DNA from: Entomortierella parvispora E1425
Lineage: Eukaryota > Fungi > Mortierellomycota
Length of the DNA: 64,000 nucleotides
Assembly (NCBI GenBank): GCA_020891255.1
Contig: BQFW01000009.1
Span: 1,488,001 to 1,552,000, forward strand
Direction: 5' to 3'
Positions 48,743-57,383 of this stretch are shown piece after piece (position 1 is the stretch's first letter; each line of letters begins with the position of its first letter). The translations under genes and the position numbers were made by a program. The notes beneath the pieces were generated by a model, which was given only the letters and a program-made list of their open reading frames with translations, was not told the origin of the DNA and made no database searches.

Positions 48743-49026
48743 ATGACAAAAAAAGAGGGCTCCAGGATTGGTTTTGTTCACACCGACCTCGGCTCAGCAG
48801 ATCTCCTCACGATTGGGTAGATCAAAACAGGAAAGAAAGGAACGGAGGAAAAACTTTCGGATACTTTTACCTACGACCATTGCATGTCAAACTGCAATTG
48901 TACTATACACCATACCGCCGCTACAAATAAAAGTCACGCTTGACAGCCGGCATTTATAATAACTATTGTACAGTGGAAGACTATAGCGACTAGAAGCAAA
49001 GGAGCAAGGAGTAGCGGACACTCTGT

Positions 49027-50412
49027 TCAAAAGGCGCAATCTCCCCAGGTTTCTACATAGGATGTCACAGAATCCGACAGGGTCATCACGGATTAGTAAA
49101 ATGGTCTCACGGAAGGACACAAAATGAAGCCATGGAAAAGTTCATATGGGTTGCTACCGTCGGTGATCGAATTCCAAAACTTGTAAAGAAGACCAGCGGA
49201 CAAGAGATCGAACATGGTCGCAAACATGGAACCGTTGATTCGTCCATGGGTCGCCGTCGCAATCTTAAAACTCGCGCCAAAGAGTAATAGCTGACTCACC
49301 GCAAATGCCATCAAGGCCGACGCGGCAAAGACTAGCGTGCATGAAGCAGGAGTATTCTGTCAGCAGGATATCGGACGATCATAAGTTTGCAAGGGGAATG
49401 TAGGTTTTGGGCTTTGGCAACAAGGCAATGGACGAGGCCCTAGAAAACTTACGTAGAGATTTGTATTCGTCAAGCTTCCGAATGACGAGAATGCAGACAA
49501 GGGTCAGATAGAGCAAGGATGCGGCGGCTGGGAATACGATGGTCAAAAAGTAGAGGCCGGGACTGTGACCGCTATGATGTTTGCTTGTGATACCCGTAGC
49601 CAGATCCAAGGACAAGAATGCCACGATGATCATCCAGACAACGTTTGTCCCGATGATAAACTAATGAAGAGTGAAAGCTGCTTGAGCAGGATGATATTTC
49701 CATATTGGACCAAGGCATGGCTGTTTTGAACCTACATTCTTGGTACGTCGTGTGCCATCGTCTACAAACTGAAAGACTACGACCAATGGATTGCAGGAAG
49801 AAGAAAAAAAGTGAGCTGTACGATAAACCATCAAGCCTCCGCAGCCTTTGCCCAGGGAAATAAACTTACGGATGAAAGCATTAACGATCAGGGTCCAGAA
49901 GAAGCAAACGATCGCGCCGAGATGCAAGGCTGATGCCCAGATGAGAAAAGTGCCGTTGCTTTCAAAAAGCCCTCCGATCGTAAAAACCTGGAGAAAGAGC
50001 ACGCAGGTATACACAAAGTAGAGAATGGCCATCTCTGCTCTTCCTATTTAGGGGAAGAGAGAAACAAAGAACGTGGTGGATATTCGTTCTGTTTATTTCG
50101 ACCCAGTCTTTTGCGTCTTCTAGGGTGCCGCACGGTCTCCCTGGCCATTTCTATCAACAAACAAGGGGACTTTGCCTTACCGACTGCTGCAACCATCTGC
50201 TGCGACTTGTACAAGATCCGGTGCGTAAACACTATGATTCCGAGCAGGCTGATCAAGATTGTACCCAGATCTCGGACGGAAGGCTGCCCAGGCCGTGGGG
50301 TCAATAGACACTGGTCGAGGATCGTCTGTCTCAAGGTTGAATTCAGGAGGTTACAGGTTGGCAGCGGTACGCACGCTGAACAGAGAGCGTGAAAGTCACC
50401 GAACCATGACAT
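49027..50412 (-). CDS. CHS7: Chitin synthase export chaperone (Chs7-like), multi-exon
   Basis: MSWFGDFHALC...LPTCNL, AAVG|RREMAILY, FFWTLIVNAF..FQFVDDGT, DGSMF-like NGSMFATMFDLL, LYKFWNSITD|ETWGDCAF*. Confidence 0.8.
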
Positions 50413-50678
50413 GGCCGAGTGCGAGCGTGTGTGTTTTCGATGATCGAGTTCCTGATATATCAGAGGGAAGTGGAGAAGAGACGAAAGAGAAGAGTGGCCA
50501 GAACAGATATAAATATGAAAAAGGAGCGAGCGAGGAGAAGGGAGATCGAGCGAGGAGGAAAACAAGCGGAATAAAAAACGACCTCTGCAAGGGAGAGCAA
50601 GGGGGAAAGGGTGCATCATCGTTGAAAGGAAGACTCTTCTCTAAATGGCCATTGCGGGCATGTGCACACCAGAATGCC

Positions 50679-50759
50679 CAGTCAGTCAGTCAGTCAGTCA
50701 GTCACTTAGCACAAAGGAATCCCACGGTCGTCATTCGTTCCTCTTGTCCTCTCTCTCTC

Positions 50760-50790
<31 letters not shown>

Positions 50791-50816
50791 CCCTCTTTCT
50801 CTCTTTCTCTCTCTCT
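50679..50816 (+). repeat. (CAGT)6 plus (CT)n tracts in the CHS7 upstream region
   Basis: CAGT x6 at 50679-50702 and an interrupted CT run at ~50748-50816. Confidence 0.85.
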
Positions 50817-51647
50817 CATTGCTGTGATATCATGGATCAAAGCTGCTTCTCATGACTGACTGGCCGAGAGAAAATCGACAGACAAAGGAGCTCGCGTATT
50901 ACTGCCTTTTTATTGTAAGGATGCAACGCCCGAGTGGATGGGTTTGCCACCAACCCGTCTTGTTTACTATGAGCTGGTGGTCGTGGTCAATGGGGCGTAC
51001 CCCCGGACACTCTCTTGAGCCACGGTCATAAGTGTGAGCGAGCATTCGGAGGGAATGGACCACGGTGGCTGAGAATATCCCATTTCGTCAAGGTTTCTGC
51101 CCGCACATTTCAGCGTGCAGAAGACAAGGCGCCCGCGATGGGACAGAGAATCATTTTTAGTAGTTTCTCGGGGGCTGTTTGGTCCCCCTCCGCGATCTAA
51201 CGAGGCAATGGAGGAATTCTTTCTTTACATCTTGGTGTGAGTCCCTGACTGTCGACAAGACACAGAACCGAGCATAGGGGCGCTCTCCAGACTCTGGGAG
51301 GGAGAGAGAAGGGTGCACGACCCATGCACGGTGCTTGTTTGTTTGTTTTTCGCAGATCACTCTTAAATCCATGGAATGGGACTGATCCAGAGCACAGCGC
51401 ATGGAGACAATCGGGATGGCTCGGGCGAAGCAGAGGCCACAGGGCAAGAGGCAAGAGTCATATCCATGGGTGGGTGGGTGAGCATCCACCTCTGTCCGCC
51501 TGCCGATTTAGAGTTGGGTGACTTCATGGACTGGACCAGACTAGACAGAGAAGAACGATGCCATGGAGACAGGCACACAAAGAAGCAACGAAAAACGCGG
51601 GCAAACACGCCGTGAAGGTGGGTGAAGGGTGGCTTTCTTGATCGAGT

Positions 51648-51755
51648 GCCACCTATACCTTTTTGTTGACGGGCCACCTATACCCTTTTCTTTGGTTAGT
51701 GCATGGGACCTGTTGTGCCAGACATGATTAATTGCACCTTCGATGGTCTATAAAA
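51648..51755 (+). promoter_or_regulatory. Allantoicase core promoter: duplicated GCCACCTATACC and TATA box
   Basis: Exact 12-mer at 51648 and 51673; TATAAAA at 51749 followed by a pyrimidine leader to ATG 51866. Confidence 0.5.
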
Positions 51756-51865
51756 GCACCTCTCTTTTCTCTCTTTCCGCCCTCTTTTTTCTTTCTTTTT
51801 CTCTCTCTCTTCATCCTCACTTTTGCTCATACTCAGCTCATACTCACTCTTCACTCTTCATTGCC

Positions 51866-52984
51866 ATGACTGTCATCAACGCCCCTGTCAACACCCCCGT
51901 CCCCATCGAGAAGATCAACGAAACCTTCAAGCAGTACATTGATCTCGCCGTCGCCACCCGTGGAGGCAAGATCATCACCCTCACCGACGAATGGTTCGCC
52001 GACGCCAAGAACCTCTTGACCCCTACCGCCCCCATCTCTGCCCCCGGTCGCTTTGTCCCCACTGGTGCCTGGTATGACGGATGGGAGACCCGCCGCCACA
52101 ACAACCCCAACTACGACTGGTGCGTGATCCAGCTCGGATACGCCGGTACCGTTGCTGGATTCGAGGTCGATACCACCTACTTCACTGGTAACCACTCTCC
52201 TTTCGTCTCTGTCGAGGGATACACCGAGACCTCGGCCGCCAAGGCTCAGATCCGCTCCCACGAAGAGTGGGCCAAGGTTGAGTGGGTCCCCATCTTGTCC
52301 AAGGTCGCTTTGAACCCCAGCGCTCGTCATGGATTCAAGTTGGAGGAGGTCACTAAGCAGCACTATACCCACATCCGCTTCTGCATGTACCCCGATGGCG
52401 GTGTCGCCCGTCTTCGTGTCTACGGAAATGTTCACCAGGTTCACCCCGAGAACAAGAACGAGCTCTACGATTTGGCCGCTGCTGCTGCTGGATCGGTCGT
52501 CGTGGATTATTCAGATGCTCACTACGGTCACCCCTCCAACATGCTCTTGCCCGGCCGTGGACACGACATGTCGGACGGATGGGAAACCAAGCGCTCGCGT
52601 GCTCCTGGACACATTGATCATGCCACGATCAAGCTCGGCTCTGCTGGACACGTTACGGACATTGAGATCGACACTGCTCACTACATGGGCAACCCTCCCA
52701 AGACCGTCACCATTGCTGGATTTGAGGCTGGATCAGAAACTCCCATCTTGCTCCTCGAAGAGGCTCCCGTGGGCCCTCACCGTCAGCACTTCTTCAAGGT
52801 GTCTGAGAACTTGACCAACAAGAAGATTGAGAAGGTCAAGGTCATCATGATCCCTGACGGCGGTATCAAGCGTGTGCGCGTCTGGGGTGCTTCGCAGTTG
52901 CCCGCTGTCAAGCCCGAGGGATCTTTGATCGGTGTCCGCCAAGAGTTGCCTGATGAGCACACCTGGAACCAGAAGAAGAACTAA
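51866..52984 (+). CDS. DAL2: Allantoicase, intronless
   Basis: Two allantoicase repeats: TDEWFADAKNLL, WYDGWETRRHN..DWCVIQLG, FEVDTTYFTGNH, YPDGGVARLRVYG; second repeat DGWETKRSR, IDTAHYMGNPP, IPDGGIKRVRVWG. Confidence 0.95.
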   Translation: MTVINAPVNTPVPIEKINETFKQYIDLAVATRGGKIITLTDEWFADAKNLLTPTAPISAPGRFVPTGAWYDGWETRRHNNPNYDWCVIQLGYAGTVAGFEVDTTYFTGNHSPFVSVEGYTETSAAKAQIRSHEEWAKVEWVPILSKVALNPSARHGFKLEEVTKQHYTHIRFCMYPDGGVARLRVYGNVHQVHPENKNELYDLAAAAAGSVVVDYSDAHYGHPSNMLLPGRGHDMSDGWETKRSRAPGHIDHATIKLGSAGHVTDIEIDTAHYMGNPPKTVTIAGFEAGSETPILLLEEAPVGPHRQHFFKVSENLTNKKIEKVKVIMIPDGGIKRVRVWGASQLPAVKPEGSLIGVRQELPDEHTWNQKKN

Positions 52985-53646
52985 ATGCTTCATTCCCCAG
53001 AATCCGTATCACAAAAACAAAGAAAAAGTAATAAAAAAATATAATACCCTAGTCATGCTCATCCATTCTTTTATGGATAGGAATCCTTGGAGAAAATATG
53101 TAGACGACACGGACCTGGACTGCGTATCTTTGACAATAAGAGTTATATCTACTCGAGTTGACAATACGAATGACGACGAGACAAAGTGACTTGAGTGTGG
53201 CCATCAAGAGTGGTGACATTGCCCATTCTCCCGCTAACCCCGAAGGGAAGAGCATCACCATTGCAGGCTCCAGAGCCACAAACAGTGATGTCTAGGCAGG
53301 GGAGGTACAAATAAAGAAGAAAAACCATGTCGCGTCCGTCCCAAAGAGATAAATGGGGATGAAACCCACCTCAAGCTGGATCGATCACTCCTTGCTCTTT
53401 TTTTCAGTTGCTAATTTGTTCTCTCCTTGATTTTCCTTGTGCCCCCGCCTTTCTCTCCAACCTGTCATCTCTTTTCTTACGGATGCAAGGTCGCTGTAAC
53501 GTGCCCTCTAAACCACACATGAACCTTAAAAGGATTTGGCCCCATGGACTGTTCTTCTGTCGTCTTTCTCTCTCTTCTGCTCCATTCTCGACCACTTTTC
53601 ACGCGGAACCCCTCCGTCAAACTCTTGCCCGTTCCCCTCTGCCACA

Positions 53647-54574
53647 ATGAAGGCCATCATCTCCGCCTCTGCCATCGTGGCCCTTGCATTCCTGTCCCTG
53701 TCCACTACTCCAGTCCATTCCTTCCAGAGTGGCTGCCCCACAAATGGTCCTCTTTCGTGTCCCACCCCGACCATGGCAGTCAACGACTGCTGCGTTGAGG
53801 TTGCATCTGGTCAATTCATCCTGAGTCAAGCCTGGGACGTGAATCCCTCTGTTGGTCCCGCAAATAGTTTTGTCATCTCCAGACTCCTTACCGACAAGTG
53901 CGATGGAACGTTTGAACAAAACTGTGATGCTTCGCGGGACTATACTGGCATCTCTGATCTTCTCAATGCTCAAGGACCGCCGGGTTTTTTGAGCAAGATG
54001 CAAACCTTTTGGCCTGCTGATGCCGGAAATCAAGATGAACAGCTTTGGGAACAGGTGTGGGCCGCTTCAGGTACCTGCTTGTCGACACTGGATCTTTCGT
54101 GTCTACCCGCTGGCTCTCCGATGGGTGCAGATGCCGTCGCCTACTTTAATGCGACCATGAACCTCTTTGAGTCACTTCCCACCTACCAGTGGCTGAGCAA
54201 CGCAAAAGTGCTTCCTTCAAGTGACCAGACATATACACTTGATAACCTCATCTCTGTTCTCCAATCAACCTACGGTTATACACCAGCCATTGAGTGTAAG
54301 GATAACGTATTAATCAAGGTAAGAGATTGGAAAGAAGAGATAGAGATGAAGGGGGAAAAATGATGACTTTCTATTTTTTTTAAAAAAAATTGGCAATGAA
54401 AAACTGAAAGGTATCCTCCTTTTTCTGTTCGCCTGTTCTCTCCAGGTCAATTGGTACTTCAACCTTAAGGGAAGCTTTGCTGACGGGGAATTCGTCCCCT
54501 TCGATGCACCTCAATCTAGCACTTGCGCCAGTAGTGGAATTCAATATCTTCCTAAAACTACAACGGCGCAATGA
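53647..54574 (+). CDS. Secreted RNase T2-family protein lacking the catalytic residues (pseudo-RNase)
   Basis: Signal peptide MKAIISASAIVALAFLSLS; 10 Cys in RNase Rh spacing; intron 54319-54445. CAS I reads FVISRLLTD and CAS II reads LWEQVWAASGTC. Confidence 0.85.
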
Positions 54575-54854
54575 CGAAGATCTGTTGTTGACGCGTTGAC
54601 CCACATTAATCCAATAAAGCGAACCCGTTGAGGCGGTGGACAACCCGTCTTGGCTTTACCCTTTTTTACTAATTCCTTCGTGCACTGAAAAGGTTGATCA
54701 GATAACTTGAAAGCTCGTTTTGAATGACTAGGACATGTGGACCCTTTTTTCTGCTCATTGTAGCATCGATCATCCCAGAAGGTCGCGTCAAACGAGATTG
54801 GACCATGGGCTCGGGGGATGTTATCTTTTTTTTTCTTTATTTTCTTTCCCCCTC

Positions 54855-55721
54855 TCAATACGGTGCATATCTCTTTCCATAGCCCGGTGAAGGGAAAGGG
54901 TTCCCACGCCTGCATCCTTTCCCATTCGTTCTTTGTCCTGGCAAAGGAATATGAGCATGATAACAAAACACTTTTTTCCTCCCGGGGGTCATCTTGGCCA
55001 GTTCTTGGTGAATGGACGGCGAGTGTTTACAGATCGCCTCAACCTCGAGCATATAGCAGTTCTGAAGCAGGTGCAGCCGTTCTGATTTCAAGTCACTTGC
55101 CCGTCGTGACAAGGGCACCTCCCGTTCCTCATCCGATTGCTCGCCCCAGTAATCGCCCGAGAGCATCCTTGTCTCGTATTCGTCTCGGAACGCCAGCCAG
55201 GATGTATAGCAGAGTTCAGGCGTCAACGCCCCAAAAGACTTTGAGTCCTCTTCCTGAACTGTGGAGAGACAATTGTCCCATTTTTCAGCCATGGTTCCGT
55301 CCAGGTTGTCTTGTTCGCTCAGGGGGAAAGGGCTGTCATGGATGATACATAACAGGAAGTGGTTGTCAACTGCGATGCGTTTACCAAACCCGGGGAAGGG
55401 TTTGGGTTCTCCGGGTATGGCACGAGGAGCTCGACCTCTCGGCGTTTGGGATGTTGGAGCTGGAACTGGGGCTGGAGCTGTAGGAGTGGGAGCTACCGTT
55501 GGTGTGGGACGAGGAGCCGTACGGGGGGCGAGAAGACCAAGGAGATGGTTGGCTTCTTCGTCACTCTCGCTATCGCTCTCAAGGGCAATCGCTTTGTGTC
55601 CCGATGTTGTACCTCGAGAAGGGCCAGCGCGAGGAGTGTGGGGGACGTTGTCACTGTCGTCGTCAATGAGGACGGACTGGGTCTTTTTTGATGGTGTTTT
55701 TCGCTTAGAATGGATGGTCAT
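54855..55721 (-). CDS. Hypothetical nuclear protein with a possible Myb/SANT-like (trihelix-type) domain
   Basis: Single ORF from ATG 55721. Basic N-terminus (KRKTPSKK), Pro/Thr linker, DxxLL..I...PF...EKWD...CYTSWLAFRDEY helical pattern, C-terminal KRYAPY. Confidence 0.55.
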   Translation of the reverse strand: MTIHSKRKTPSKKTQSVLIDDDSDNVPHTPRAGPSRGTTSGHKAIALESDSESDEEANHLLGLLAPRTAPRPTPTVAPTPTAPAPVPAPTSQTPRGRAPRAIPGEPKPFPGFGKRIAVDNHFLLCIIHDSPFPLSEQDNLDGTMAEKWDNCLSTVQEEDSKSFGALTPELCYTSWLAFRDEYETRMLSGDYWGEQSDEEREVPLSRRASDLKSERLHLLQNCYMLEVEAICKHSPSIHQELAKMTPGRKKVFCYHAHIPLPGQRTNGKGCRRGNPFPSPGYGKRYAPY

Positions 55722-56304
55722 GGTGGCGGTGAGAAAGAGAATAAGAAATGAGCTGGTCCGTGAGGATGGAGGGTTGGAGGGTTGGAGGGATGGAAGAATG
55801 AAGGACTGGAGGAATGGAGGAATGGATGGTCTACGTGAAAGAGGTTTGTTTTTGTTGTGCTGTCGCGTCCAGTTGTGGTCTAGATCCCTTTCTAGAATAA
55901 ATAACCGCGTATAAATGATCTTGATCAAATTATATTTTAATGGCAAAAAGTTGAACGTCTAGACAAACGTCGTTTCTTCACGGCACCGTTGAGTACTATC
56001 TTGACCACGAAACATGTCAGCGCTCACCTTCCAAAGAACATCTCCTACCATCTTTGACAACGTCAGCGATCGCCAACCTTCATAGATCGATGGAACAACA
56101 GATAGCAAACGAGGCTGACCAAGCAATCAAATTTGATTTTCAGCCACCTCTGTCAGCAGGGTCCTTTGATTGCTCCGTTCATTTTTTCATATTTTTTTTT
56201 TTTCCTTTCCTTTCCTTGTTCTCTTCAACCTCTTCTCATTCACCCGACATACCCTTGCATAGCACCCTCAGCTCTTTCTCCTAACACCACAACCCCATCC
56301 AACA

Positions 56305-56920
56305 ATGTCACCCACCATCAACCTCGCTGTCACGGCCCCTCTCAACCCCCCAGGCGCCGAACCTGTCCTGACGCGTCCCCAGGTCTGGAAAGCGCTTCAG
56401 AGAAAAGTCCGCCACCCGAGCGAGTTTGTTCCCGCGATCCAGAAATGTGAAGTCATTTCGGAAGAGGGCAACGTCGTCACCCGCGTCGTCACCATCGCCA
56501 ACGGTCCCACGGGCATGCGAGAAGTCTGCACCGAATACAAGCCCAGTCGAGTCGAGTTCATCATGGATAACGGCACCAAGGTTCAGAACGTCCTTAGTAC
56601 AGGTGTCTCCCCTGACGGTCCAGAGCTGTTCTTGACCTATGCTTTTGAATGGAAGGCACCGGAGGGTGTCACGGAGGGAAGCCCTCAATGGAAGGAGACA
56701 GAAGCAAACTATATCAAGGTAAAAAAAAAAAACGCAGAAAGAAAGAAAAAAAAAAAAAAACGGGATGAGCTCTCAACAGGATATCTAGCCTACAAGTGTC
56801 GTCTTCGACTTACTCATCACCCTTCTTTGGAACAATACCTGTGCATTCTAGATGGCGAAAGGATCCTTGCCACATAGTGTAGAGGTCATCAGGAACATGG
56901 TCAAGGATGGACGTGTTTAG
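56305..56920 (+). CDS. DUF1857/AtaL-like SRPBCC (START-fold) protein, 2 exons
   Basis: TINLAVTAPLNPPGAEPVLTRPQVWKALQRKVRHPSEFVPAIQKCEV; intron 56719-56851; ends MAKGSLPHSVEVIRNMVKDGRV*. Confidence 0.8.
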
Positions 56921-57383
56921 TCCGTGAGAAAAAAAAATTGAACGGGCTGGTGATCATTTTCTCCCTTGTGCAAACAAACGAACTGTAGTTGGTTTTATTA
57001 AAGCACAGGCACGGGCCTAGCAAGATCTTTTGCCATGACACATCGTGATGGATTGCAAAGTACTCATAGGCCATGTCCATATGGGCTCTCAAGGTGGCTG
57101 ATGCACCAGCGAAAGGTTGCCTCTGAGACCAAGAACCGCAAAAGCGAGCAAAAAAAAAAAAAAAAAAAAAAAATTGTGATGAATACGATATGGTCGTCTC
57201 TATGAGGTAGGCACTCTCTGTATTCTCTGTATGGACCAAACCATCCCCACCCTGAAGTGATCGAGTACTTGACTTGGTGGGTTCTCCAAACGTTTTATTA
57301 CAGAGTGGGATATATATAAAGGGATGTGAAGTAGCAAATGTATAATAGAGGTGAAGAACAATGACGAAGGGCAGCTGGGGCTT

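Noticed and set aside
51851-52444. Long antisense ORF over allantoicase; similar shadows at 12065-12685, 27901-28524 and 55261-55914
   Set aside because: These overlap well-supported genes on the other strand. They are expected from codon bias and low-complexity sequence and show no recognisable motifs.
54411-54420. GTATCCTCCT resembling a U12-type donor
   Set aside because: It lies inside a normal GT-AG intron, deviates from the GTATCCTT consensus and is not needed to maintain the frame.
51866-54574. Allantoicase next to an RNase T2 as an RNA/purine-scavenging cluster
   Set aside because: The RNase lacks catalytic residues and no other purine-catabolism gene is nearby, so the adjacency is probably incidental.
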